Origin: Kiloniellaceae bacterium
GTDB lineage: Bacteria > Pseudomonadota > Alphaproteobacteria > Kiloniellales > J153
DNA length: 64,000 nt
Assembly: GCA_021776115.1 (NCBI GenBank)
Contig: JAJFGN010000045.1
Location: 3,649 to 67,648, forward strand
Direction: 5' to 3'
Part shown: positions 37,979 to 46,691 of the stretch, in pieces
Layout of the letters: the number at the start of each line of letters is the position of its first letter
How positions within the stretch are numbered: position 1 is the stretch's first letter
Notes under the pieces: model-generated
Told to the model about the DNA's origin: nothing
Databases searched by the model: none
The model's input: only the letters and a program-made list of their open reading frames with translations
Program-made: the position numbers and the translations under genes

Positions 37979-39836
37979 CCTTTGCCGCTCGCCGCGAACC
38001 GCCATTTTGTTGGGTCTCGCGGTCTTGGTGTATGCCGCCGCGCCGTACGATAACCGTGCCTGGGGCCAAAGCGCGGAGCCCAGACCGGTAACCCTCGTCC
38101 CGCAGGATATTCTTGGTTCGGTACCGCTAGCCCCACCGGAAGTGGTGCCGGAGCGAACCGGCATCACGACCGTGGATCCTAATTTGGGGGTCACGGGCAT
38201 CGAGATTAACCCCCTGGCGGATATCGCTCCGGAGGCCATAGGCATCCTTGGGGTTGAGGATGGCGGCTTTGGCATAGATATGTGGCGCGGGACGCCGCGT
38301 AATGTAATCGAAGGTCTGCTGCAGAGATTACCGTCGCGTATGTCTTCGCGTGGCATGCGCGATCTGGCGCGGCGGCTCCTACTTTCGGTCGCGCCGCCCC
38401 CGGCCGCTAAACCGCGTGCCTTCGCAAGTACCTTGGCAAGTGCACATGACTTGCCGGAGCAAAGTGCCGCAAACTCGGCTCAATTATTGATAATGCGGTC
38501 GCAGCGCTTGGCCGAGCTGGGCGAAATACCGGCCTTGATCTCCCTTCTCTCCGTGGTTCCCGGCCATCTCGAGCAAGAAAGCCTCGACCGTCTTCACGTT
38601 GAGGCCTTGTTTCTGAGTCACGAACGGGAAGAGGCATGTCGTCGGGCGCGCAATTCGATCGCGATCTATCACGAGTTGGCGTTCTGGCAGAAGGCCATGG
38701 TCTTCTGCAACATGGCGAGTGGAGATCTGGACCGCGGCATGCTTGGTCTGGATCTCTTGCGCGAGCAGGGCATTGCCGACGATCCGCTGTTCTTCGCGCT
38801 CGCCAATCAATTCAGCGGTGTTACAGAGATGTTGCCTGCAACGGATACCCTTTCGCCGCTGCATGTTGCGATGCTGATGGCGCTAGAAGCGCCGCTCCCG
38901 GCTGGTTCGCTCGACAATGCCGTGCCGGGCATTCTCTTCGCTATCGCCACGGCACCCAACGCGATACCGGCCGAGCGTGCCGCCGCGGCCGAACAAGCCA
39001 GTGCCCAGGGAATCGTAGATGGTGCGGCGCTTGGTCGGAGTTACGACGCGATGTCGTTTGCACCCGAACAACTCGCCAATGCCATCGGTGCGGCCGCCGA
39101 CTTAGAGGGTACCGCTGCCAGTGCTCTACTTTACCAAGCGGTGCGCCGCGAGACATTACCGGCGACCCGGGCCGAAGTATTACGCGTTGCCCTCGAAGTG
39201 GCCACCCAGGTAAATCTCTATGTGGCCGCGGTCGAGGTTTATGGCCAGCTAATCTCGGATATCGACCCTACCCCTCAAATGGCCTGGTTCGCGGAGACAG
39301 CGGGCCGAGCGCTCTATGGTGCGCGGCGGCTAATGCGGGCGAACGATTGGCTGGCGCTCAGTCGACAGGAGTCGATCATAAACCCACAGGCTTCCGCAGC
39401 GGTTGCCGCTTTGTGGCCTTACGCACGGCTAGCGGGCGGTGAGATCCTGGCCGCCGAGGGTGGCCTCGAAGATTGGCATGTTATGCGAGAAGCTACCGGG
39501 ACCGAGCCGCCTCTCGGTGCCACGAGCCTGCTAGGAACCTCGTTCCAAGCGTTGGGTGAATCCGACTCTTTGAATTGGAGCGATATTGTCGCCCATGGCG
39601 ACTTGTCCGGCAAACCGATGCCGGACGCCGCTTTCCTCTACGCGCTGGAGGACGCAAGCGAGGCGCGCCGTGTTGGCGAAACCGTGCTGCTTTCGCTCAT
39701 TGTGTTGGGTGAGGCCGGGCCTGCTGGCGCCCATGCCTTGGCGCTGGGCGCTGTGATTTCCAGTTTGAGCCGGGTTGGATTGACGCGCGAGGCGCGGGCC
39801 TTAGCGGTCGAGGCCGCGTTGGGTCGCGGCATCTGA
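37959..39836 (+). CDS. Secreted hypothetical protein, alpha-helical-repeat-like
   Basis: Signal peptide MNASPVDLCRSPRTAILLGLAVLVYAAAP. The ~600-aa body is rich in Leu/Ala helices and I recognise no family. The alternative start is 37941. The stop lies 1 nt before the xerD GTG. Confidence 0.7.
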   Translation: MNASPVDLCRSPRTAILLGLAVLVYAAAPYDNRAWGQSAEPRPVTLVPQDILGSVPLAPPEVVPERTGITTVDPNLGVTGIEINPLADIAPEAIGILGVEDGGFGIDMWRGTPRNVIEGLLQRLPSRMSSRGMRDLARRLLLSVAPPPAAKPRAFASTLASAHDLPEQSAANSAQLLIMRSQRLAELGEIPALISLLSVVPGHLEQESLDRLHVEALFLSHEREEACRRARNSIAIYHELAFWQKAMVFCNMASGDLDRGMLGLDLLREQGIADDPLFFALANQFSGVTEMLPATDTLSPLHVAMLMALEAPLPAGSLDNAVPGILFAIATAPNAIPAERAAAAEQASAQGIVDGAALGRSYDAMSFAPEQLANAIGAAADLEGTAASALLYQAVRRETLPATRAEVLRVALEVATQVNLYVAAVEVYGQLISDIDPTPQMAWFAETAGRALYGARRLMRANDWLALSRQESIINPQASAAVAALWPYARLAGGEILAAEGGLEDWHVMREATGTEPPLGATSLLGTSFQALGESDSLNWSDIVAHGDLSGKPMPDAAFLYALEDASEARRVGETVLLSLIVLGEAGPAGAHALALGAVISSLSRVGLTREARALAVEAALGRGI

Positions 39837-39837
39837 C

Positions 39838-40791
39838 GTGGCGTTGGAGCCGCACAGCGAGGCATTTCTGGAAATGCTCGCGGTGGAGCGTGGCGCTGCA
39901 AAAAACACCTGCGAGGCCTACCGGCGCGACATCGAACATTTCGCGGTTTTTCTCAAGGACCGTGCCGTTACGCTACTGGGTGTGGAAGCCACGGACATCC
40001 GCGCTTATCTTGTCCAGCTTTCGCGAGCCCAGATGGCGCCACGCACCGCCGCCCGGCGTCTGTCCGCCCTAAGGCAATTCTATCGTTTCCTTCTCAGCGA
40101 GGGCGTGCGTGCGGTCGACCCGACTAGCACGATCGATAGTCCGCGCCAGGGCCGCGCGCTGCCAAAGATTCTGAGCGAGGCCGAAGTCGAACGTCTGCTC
40201 GCTGCCGCTCGGGCGCGCGGCGACGTTCGGGAAGGAACCGAGAGCCTCCGCCTCGCCGCTCTGGTTGAGCTGCTGTACGCAACCGGTATGCGAATCTCGG
40301 AGATGATATCCCTGCCGGGAACTGCATTGGCCCGCAATCCGCGTGTTCTTGTGGTTCGAGGGAAAGGCGACAAGGAACGCATGGTGCCGCTTAGTGAGCC
40401 CGCACGCGACGCCGTGGCCCGTTATATGACGGCCCAGCGCGAGGCAGCGGCCCGAGCCAGACGCCGGTCCCGGGCCCCTGATGTGGCGGCGCGCTGGCTT
40501 TTCCCCTCCAGCGGGCGCAGTGGGCATTTGACCCGTCAGCGGGTCGCGCAACTACTCAAGGAGCTTGCCGTGGAAGCGGGGGTCGAGCCGGCAAAGGTTT
40601 CACCTCATGTCCTGCGCCACGCCTTCGCCAGTCATTTGCTCGATCACGGCGCCGATTTGCGCTCGGTTCAGAAGATGCTCGGCCACGCCGACATCTCGAC
40701 GACCCAGATCTACACCCACGTCCTCAACGATCGTTTGAGAACCCTCGTTCACGACCACCACCCCATGTCGAAGCGAGCCCAAAATCCTTAA
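39838..40791 (+). CDS. xerD: Site-specific tyrosine recombinase XerD
   Basis: [26 protein letters not shown], the catalytic region ATGMRISE...[11 protein letters not shown]...[12 protein letters not shown] and [13 protein letters not shown]. Confidence 0.9.
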   Translation: MALEPHSEAFLEMLAVERGAAKNTCEAYRRDIEHFAVFLKDRAVTLLGVEATDIRAYLVQLSRAQMAPRTAARRLSALRQFYRFLLSEGVRAVDPTSTIDSPRQGRALPKILSEAEVERLLAAARARGDVREGTESLRLAALVELLYATGMRISEMISLPGTALARNPRVLVVRGKGDKERMVPLSEPARDAVARYMTAQREAAARARRRSRAPDVAARWLFPSSGRSGHLTRQRVAQLLKELAVEAGVEPAKVSPHVLRHAFASHLLDHGADLRSVQKMLGHADISTTQIYTHVLNDRLRTLVHDHHPMSKRAQNP

Positions 40792-40904
40792 CCCTTTGGA
40801 GCAGGTTGACAAGGCGAGGCTGGGCGCGCACTTTCCCGCCGGCTTGCGCGCCCGCGCGGCGCTGATCCACGAAATCCGAGATAGGTTACCGTAAGGGAGA
40901 GGTT

Positions 40905-41885
40905 ATGAGCTTCACCATCATTGAACCGGCGCCGGCGCGCCTGAACCGCAGCGAGCTCGCCGTTCCAGGCAGCAACACCACGTTGTTTGAGAAAGCGGCG
41001 AAATCCCTAGCCGATGTCGTTTTCCTAGACCTAGAAGACGCGGTCGCACCCGACGACAAGGAACAAGCGCGTAAGAACGTTATTCAAGCCATCAACGATA
41101 TCGACTGGGGCGCCAAAACCCTGTCGGTACGGATCAACGGCTTGGACACGCACTACATGTACCGCGACGTGGTCGATATTCTGGAGCAGACCAACGGCCG
41201 GCTGGATGTCATTATGATTCCAAAGGTCGGTACCGCCGCAGATGTCTACGCTGTCGATATGTTGGCGACCCAAATCGAGGACGCCAAGAAACGGACCAAG
41301 CGCATCGGATTCGAGCACATCATCGAAACCGCGTTGGGCATGGCCAATGTCGATGAGATCGCCGCCGCGTCCAAGCGCAATGAGAGCTTACACTTCGGTG
41401 TCGCCGACTATGCGGCCTCGACCAAGGCGCGGACCACCGTGATTGGTGGTCCGAATGCGCTCTACGGCGTGCTCACCGATCAGGAAGAGGGCCGGGAGCG
41501 CGAATATCACTGGGGCGACATGTGGCATTACGCGGTCTCGCGCATGGTGGTCGCGGCGCGCGCCAACGGCCTTAGGCCGATCGACGGCCCCTTTGGCGAT
41601 TTCTCCGATCCCGACGGCTTCAAGGCGCAGGCGAACCGCGCCGCCTGCTTAGGTTGCGAGGGCAAGTGGGCGATTCACCCCAGCCAGATCGTGCTCGCCA
41701 ATGAGGTCAACAGCCCTTCGGAGGCCGAAATCATCAAGGCCAAGCGAATTCTGGAAGCCATGGCACAGGCGCAGAAGGAAGGTAAGGGCGCGGTAGCGCT
41801 CGATGGCCGCTTGATCGACATCGCCTCGATTAAACAAGCCGAAGTCATGGTCAAGAAGGCCGAGCAGATCGCTAAGGCCGGGTAA
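40905..41885 (+). CDS. mcl: L-malyl-CoA/beta-methylmalyl-CoA lyase (HpcH/HpaI-CitE family)
   Basis: By my recollection, MSFTIIEPAPARLNRSELAVPGSN...FLDLEDAVAPDDKEQAR...LSVRINGLDT...IMIPKVG...GKWAIHPSQ...IDIASIKQAEV aligns along its length with Rhodobacter Mcl1. A strong SD (aagggagagg) precedes the ATG. Confidence 0.85.
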   Translation: MSFTIIEPAPARLNRSELAVPGSNTTLFEKAAKSLADVVFLDLEDAVAPDDKEQARKNVIQAINDIDWGAKTLSVRINGLDTHYMYRDVVDILEQTNGRLDVIMIPKVGTAADVYAVDMLATQIEDAKKRTKRIGFEHIIETALGMANVDEIAAASKRNESLHFGVADYAASTKARTTVIGGPNALYGVLTDQEEGREREYHWGDMWHYAVSRMVVAARANGLRPIDGPFGDFSDPDGFKAQANRAACLGCEGKWAIHPSQIVLANEVNSPSEAEIIKAKRILEAMAQAQKEGKGAVALDGRLIDIASIKQAEVMVKKAEQIAKAG

Positions 41886-41953
41886 AACGCCGCGCCGTCT
41901 TTCTAGCCCCGCCGGATCGTTTGCCTCGGGGGTCGCGCCTGTAGCACTAAGAG

Positions 41954-42616
41954 TTACGCATATGCGGCATCGAAGAAGGCGACTTCCAATTGTACGATTT
42001 CGCGGAACAAAGCTGCTAGATGGCCTCGCTGTTCGGGCGGTAACGCGGGGCCGAGGCGGTCGGTCTCGCCCCGCAACCACTCGACAAAGATTATGAATTC
42101 AGGGTTGGTGTGAATCTGAATCCACTCGGCAAGATAGAATCTCTTTGGCCGTGTCTTTCCGGCCGCGCGGGCCCATGCCAAGTAGATCCACTCGACGGGC
42201 AAAAGCACCGTCAGCGCTTCGGCATAGCCTTTGCGCGCGGCATTAAGCATGATGTCGTTCAAGCGACGGGTCGTCGTGGTTCTTTTGGCCGTACTCCATA
42301 TCTCCTTAGAGATACCCAAGGCGTCGAACGACCGCAGGAAATAGTCGTTCTCGTCGCCCGTCACGGTCTCTAGAAACCCAGACAGCTTTGTCTTGGAAGC
42401 CGCGTCCGGCGCGTGATCGATGGTGAGTTCAAGCACGCGCGCCAGGGTATCCAAGAATGCATAGTCCTGGATCAAATAGAGAGCAAAGTCGGTGTCCTGC
42501 AGGGTGTCGGCGATCAGCTCTCGCGTAAAGCGGTGCTCGACACTTTGACGCCAGAACGGTTCTGCGTTCTTGCGTAGACGCTCTGAGAACCGTGACGAGC
42601 TTTTCGCTTTCGTCAT
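41954..42616 (-). CDS. tenA: TenA family aminopyrimidine aminohydrolase (thiaminase II)
   Basis: FWRQSVEHRFTRELIADTL...FALYLIQDYAFL is TenA-like. Start at MTKAKSS (cat 42614-42616), 4 nt after the upstream gene. Confidence 0.8.
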   Translation of the reverse strand: MTKAKSSSRFSERLRKNAEPFWRQSVEHRFTRELIADTLQDTDFALYLIQDYAFLDTLARVLELTIDHAPDAASKTKLSGFLETVTGDENDYFLRSFDALGISKEIWSTAKRTTTTRRLNDIMLNAARKGYAEALTVLLPVEWIYLAWARAAGKTRPKRFYLAEWIQIHTNPEFIIFVEWLRGETDRLGPALPPEQRGHLAALFREIVQLEVAFFDAAYA

Positions 42617-42620
42617 CCGT

Positions 42621-43565
42621 TTACCGTAGCTCGACGGCGTAGCTGGCCACGGGCGGTGCGGTCTTGATAACCTTGGCGTCGAGCAGGAACGCGCCGAATC
42701 GCTCATAGCGGCCACGATCCAGCGCCGCCGGGCGCAGGGCAAAGCGCGGCAAGGTGTCGCGCCAGGCGCGCCGGTTCAACTCGTCGTCTAGGCCTGTCTT
42801 ATGCTTGGCAAAGCTTGCCCAGGCCTCATCTGGGTGATTTACGATATACTGCACTCCCCGCTCCAACGCGCGCAGCACCTTGGGCAAGCGCGGGTCGTCC
42901 AGCTTCGCGCTGTTGGCAACCAGGATCAACTCGTCGTAGGGCGGCACGCCTTCCTCCTCGACATAGAAGGCGCGGCCCTTACGGCCTTCGATGGCGAGTT
43001 GGTTGAGTTCGAAGTTGCGGTAGGCGCCGATCACCGCATCGACCTGGCCGCTGAGCAGGGACGGGCTCAGTGAAAAGTTCACGTTGACCAGCTTCACGTC
43101 GCTTAACGCGAGGCCGTGTTTAGCCAGCATGGCGCCCAACACGGCGTCCTCAAAGCCGCCGACGGAAAAACCGACCGTGCGGCCCTTTAAATCGGCAATC
43201 GACTTGATGGGGCTTTCGTCCAACACCAGCACCGTACTTAGCGGTGTGGCAATCAAGGTGCCGATGCGTGTCAGAGGCAGTCCAGCGGCGGCCTGCATAT
43301 GGATTTGCGGCTGATAGGATACGGCCAATTCCGCTTTCCCGGCGGCGACGAGCTTAGGCGGGTCATTGGGATCTGCTGGCTCGATCAGGAAGACTTCCAG
43401 ACCCTCCTCGGCGAAAAAGCCTTTCTCTTGAGCCACGACGATCGGGCCATGATCGGGGTTGATGAACCAATCGAGCAGGATCGTCAGAGGCTCCGCATGC
43501 GCGGGCGCCGCTGCCAACAGGAGAGCGACGGTAAAACCCAAAACGGGACGCAACTTGCTCGCCAT
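42621..43565 (-). CDS. thiY: NMT1/THI5-like periplasmic substrate-binding protein (ThiY-type, pyrimidine salvage)
   Basis: Signal peptide MASKLRPVLGFTVALLLAAAPAHA. The body LDWFINPDHGPIVVAQEKGFFAEEGLEV is NMT1/THI5-like. It lies directly downstream of a TPP riboswitch. Confidence 0.8.
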   Translation of the reverse strand: MASKLRPVLGFTVALLLAAAPAHAEPLTILLDWFINPDHGPIVVAQEKGFFAEEGLEVFLIEPADPNDPPKLVAAGKAELAVSYQPQIHMQAAAGLPLTRIGTLIATPLSTVLVLDESPIKSIADLKGRTVGFSVGGFEDAVLGAMLAKHGLALSDVKLVNVNFSLSPSLLSGQVDAVIGAYRNFELNQLAIEGRKGRAFYVEEEGVPPYDELILVANSAKLDDPRLPKVLRALERGVQYIVNHPDEAWASFAKHKTGLDDELNRRAWRDTLPRFALRPAALDRGRYERFGAFLLDAKVIKTAPPVASYAVELR

Positions 43566-43639
43566 GGTCGGATCTCCTCGTTCAACGTTACCGGGGGATC
43601 CGGGGTCGCTTGCGACGAGACGGCCGCTAGACGAGTCAT

Positions 43640-43755
43640 CCCGTCAAGAGGCAAGTTCCGTTCCCTACGCCGGCATGATCCGGATCAGGTTCGAAGGGTC
43701 ACCGCACGTCCGAGGACAAACGATATCTCAGCTTTGAAAGAAGCCCCCCTAGGAA
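43640..43755 (-). promoter_or_regulatory. TPP riboswitch (THI element) controlling thiY-tenA
   Basis: The minus-strand RNA reads AGGGGGGCUUCUUUCAAAGCUGAGAUAUCG...GGUGACCCUUCGAACCUGAUCCGGAUCAUGCCGGCGUAGGGAACGG. It contains the invariant CUGAGA, ACCC, GAACCUGAUC..GGAU.AUGCC and GCGUAGGGA blocks. The SD GAGGAG lies 8 nt before the thiY AUG, and a UCCUC stretch in the leader could sequester it. Confidence 0.85.
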
Positions 43756-44067
43756 CGCGCGGGATGATGAGCGCAGTCAAGTGTCAAGTCAAGCGGCCAA
43801 AGTCTCAAGCTTTCATAATTTTCAAGTAGTAGAGTTCCCCAAACATGGTGCGATATAGATACTATGTCTGCAGATTGGGAAAAAATTGTCCCAAATAGCA
43901 GTGTGAGAAATGTCTGTACAAACGATTTTCAGAATATGTAGAGCGTAGAGGAGACATTGGATGAAAACGTATTTACTTTTGTTGCGCGACCATGAGTGCT
44001 GGTGGGGCCGATTTCCGGGCTCGCCAAGCATCCGGGACGACGACCTTACGGGTTATGAGGCCACGAC

Positions 44068-44994
44068 TTAAGTGCGCGCGATCCGATAGCCCACGCGCGG
44101 GAAGTGGATGGCCACATGGCCGACACGCGGGTCGTTCCGCTCGACTACGATGTCCTGAATTCCGATGTGGCGGATTGTGCCCTCGATGCCTGCTGTGCCG
44201 CTAACACCCTCGGCGTGAATTTCGACCGCTTCACCCGGCAAAAATCCGGTTGGATCGTTTGGCTCGGAAGCGGGTGCTGGCATTGGCTCGGCTGCCTGGG
44301 CGATATCGAGGGCTTCGGTACTGCTCATTTCGCTGGGCGCGCCATGGCCAAGGGCCTTAACCCGTTCCTCCCAGGCGCACAGCTTGGGGAACTGCGCCAA
44401 GAATTCGGGCCCCTTAGAGTAACGCCCACGCAAAAACCAGGCGAGGTAGTAGCACAGCGCATCCGGCAGGCCGGGCTGCCCGCCCAGCATGAACTGCCGC
44501 CCGGTCGCCAGGCGCTCCTCGATCCAGCCGAACTGCGCGCGCAGGTTTGCCAGGCGTTCCGGCATTTCAGCCTGCAATTTCGCCATCTCGAAATCGGGGC
44601 CAAAATAAAGCAGACCTCGATCGCCTTGAAAATCGGCCGGCATGGCTTCACCGGCGTCGGCAAAGACAACGGCGATGGCGGTCGTGAAGAGGTCGCCGTC
44701 GGTCCAGCGGCTGACACCCCAGGCGATGCCGTCGGCACCGCCGGGAAAAAGGGTTGGCTCTGGGAAGCGGCGCTCCAATGCACGGATTATGCCCTGGCTG
44801 TCGCAAAAGACATCGGCGCCGATCTGCATAACCGGGGTCAGGCGGTAGCCGCCCGTAAGCGGCATGAGGTCAGGCTTGGGGGGCAGGCGCGGGATAACGA
44901 CGGAGCGCCAAGCCAGGCCCTTGAACCCCAGGACCACCCGGACCTTCTCCGAAACCGGGCTTTGCGGATAGTGATGCAGGATAACGTCGGACAT
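44068..44994 (-). CDS. Glutathione S-transferase family protein with extra ~80-aa C-terminal domain
   Basis: The thioredoxin-like N-domain is ILHHYPQSPVSEKVRVVLGFKGLAW...LTPVMQIGADVFCDSQGI, followed by a helical GST-C. The additional C-terminal segment (GEAVEIHAEGVSG...VAIHFPRVGYRI) is of unknown fold. Confidence 0.8.
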   Translation of the reverse strand: MSDVILHHYPQSPVSEKVRVVLGFKGLAWRSVVIPRLPPKPDLMPLTGGYRLTPVMQIGADVFCDSQGIIRALERRFPEPTLFPGGADGIAWGVSRWTDGDLFTTAIAVVFADAGEAMPADFQGDRGLLYFGPDFEMAKLQAEMPERLANLRAQFGWIEERLATGRQFMLGGQPGLPDALCYYLAWFLRGRYSKGPEFLAQFPKLCAWEERVKALGHGAPSEMSSTEALDIAQAAEPMPAPASEPNDPTGFLPGEAVEIHAEGVSGTAGIEGTIRHIGIQDIVVERNDPRVGHVAIHFPRVGYRIART

Positions 44995-44999
44995 GGGGG

Positions 45000-46691
45000 C
45001 TACTCTCCGGACTCAGACCAGCCATAGTCGCGCGCCGCCGCTTCCGGCGAGAGGAAGCCGTTGCGGACATCGCGCGCGACCAGCTCCCGTAACCGGTTCT
45101 TAGCTTCGCCCAGGCCACCGCCGCCCGGCATTTCCAGGACTAGGCGCTCGCCGGCCGGAACGGTTTGTCGGCCCTTGCCGGCTAACTCGACGCCGGAACC
45201 GAGCCGTACGCGTCCGCGGGTGCCGTCGGCCCCGCCGCCGCGGCCACGCGGCGGGTGCAGGATGCGGTCGAACATGCCGGAGAGGGCGAAGGGCGCGCCC
45301 TGGGCATGCGCGATTTCCATGACCTGGCCGGCGCCGCCGCGGTGCTCGCCGGCGCCACCCGAATCTTCGCGGTATTCTTTGCGCCAGACCACGATGGGGG
45401 CGATGGTCTCGTTGATCTCAACCGGGGTGTTACGCACGCCGGAAGGAAAGGCGGTTGCGTTCAGGCCATCCTTCCCGGGCCGTCCACCGGTGCCGCCCGC
45501 GTGAAACATGCTGATCGTGAAAGGCCGCGCGCCGTCGGTGTCGCCGCCGCCTTCGTTGTCTCCGGCAATGCCATGCCCGCCGAGCAAAGCCGTGATCCAA
45601 AGGCAGGATGTACCCTCGGCTGGCACCGCCTCGGGCTTGGCTTGATAGAGGCAGCCGAGCACGACGTCGGGCAGCATCTGGCCGACGACATGGCGCGCAG
45701 TCACGGCGCAGGGATCGGGCGCATTGAGGATTGAGCCTTCGGGCGCGCTGATGCGCACGGGCGCGAGCGAGCCGGCATTGTTCGGCACCGCACCGCCAAT
45801 GACGCAGCGCACGCCGAAGGAGGCATAGGCCTGCGTATAAGTGATCGGTACGTTGATGCCGTAGCTGGAAACGGGCGAGGTGCCGGTGAAATCGACGTCG
45901 ATTCCGCTCTCGCCGATGGTCATGTGCGCGACCAGGTCGATTGCCTTTTCGAAGCCGTCGATACGCATGGCATTATCGTAAGTCCCGAAGGGCAGGGCGC
46001 GAATTTCCTCCAGCATGGCTTGACGCGAATTTTCGACGATCGTCTCGGCCAAGGTATCGAGCGAGTCGAGTTTGAACTCGCGCATCATCTCGATCAGTCG
46101 GCGGCAGCCAGTCTCGTTGCACACGGCCAGCGAATAGAGATCGCCCTCGACCTGCACCGGCTCGCGCACATTGGCGCGCACGATGTGCAACAGCGCTTCG
46201 TTCATCACGCCGCGCTTGGCCAGTTCCATGATCGGAATGCGCAGGCCTTCCTCGTAGACCTGCCGCGCGTCGGCGCCGAAGCCGCGCCCGCCGACATCGA
46301 CCACGTGACTGGTCGAGGCGAACAGGGCGACGACACGGCCGTCCAAGAACGTCGGCGTGACCACCGTGAAGTCGTGCGTGTGCCCGGTACCGAGCCAGGG
46401 GTCGTTGGTGACATAGACATCGCCTTCTTCCATGGACCCGGCCGGGTAGCGGCGCAGGAAAAACCCTACCGACGCGGCCATGGCGTTGACGTGCCCGGGT
46501 GTGCCGGTGACCGCTTGCGCCAGCATACGGCCCTTCAAATCGAACACGCCGGCCGACAAGTCCCCCGCCTCGCGCACCGAGGTGCTAAAGGCCGTGCGAA
46601 TCAGGACCTGCGCTTGCTCTTCGACCACCGAGAGTAGACGGTTCCACATGATCTGGCGTTTGACCTGTTCCAAGGCGCTCGCTTGAGTCAT
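45000..46691 (-). CDS. hyuB: Hydantoinase B/oxoprolinase family protein
   Basis: QIMWNRLLSVVEEQAQVLIRTAFSTSVREAGDLSAGVFD...TNDPWLGTGHTHDF is HyuB-family. The start overlaps the hyuA stop (ATGA). Confidence 0.9.
   Translation of the reverse strand: MTQASALEQVKRQIMWNRLLSVVEEQAQVLIRTAFSTSVREAGDLSAGVFDLKGRMLAQAVTGTPGHVNAMAASVGFFLRRYPAGSMEEGDVYVTNDPWLGTGHTHDFTVVTPTFLDGRVVALFASTSHVVDVGGRGFGADARQVYEEGLRIPIMELAKRGVMNEALLHIVRANVREPVQVEGDLYSLAVCNETGCRRLIEMMREFKLDSLDTLAETIVENSRQAMLEEIRALPFGTYDNAMRIDGFEKAIDLVAHMTIGESGIDVDFTGTSPVSSYGINVPITYTQAYASFGVRCVIGGAVPNNAGSLAPVRISAPEGSILNAPDPCAVTARHVVGQMLPDVVLGCLYQAKPEAVPAEGTSCLWITALLGGHGIAGDNEGGGDTDGARPFTISMFHAGGTGGRPGKDGLNATAFPSGVRNTPVEINETIAPIVVWRKEYREDSGGAGEHRGGAGQVMEIAHAQGAPFALSGMFDRILHPPRGRGGGADGTRGRVRLGSGVELAGKGRQTVPAGERLVLEMPGGGGLGEAKNRLRELVARDVRNGFLSPEAAARDYGWSESGE

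Noticed and set aside
43847-43873. Possible dif (XerCD) site in the AT-rich island: GGTGCGATATAGATACTATGTCTGCAG starts like the E. coli dif XerC arm (GGTGCG).
   Set aside because: It lacks the conserved ATAATGTATATTATGT core, the right arm does not align without a 2-nt shift, and there is no dyad symmetry.
43885-43895. The 11-mer ATTGTCCCAAA is shared between the AT-rich island and the YHS upstream region (62823-62833).
   Set aside because: Many chance 11-mer matches are expected in a 64-kb window. The flanking sequence does not align, so this is not evidence for a repeated element.
43845-43898. 17-codon ORF MVRYRYYVCRLGKNCPK in the AT-rich island.
   Set aside because: There is no Shine-Dalgarno sequence, the composition is implausible, and an ORF this short in AT-rich DNA is expected by chance.
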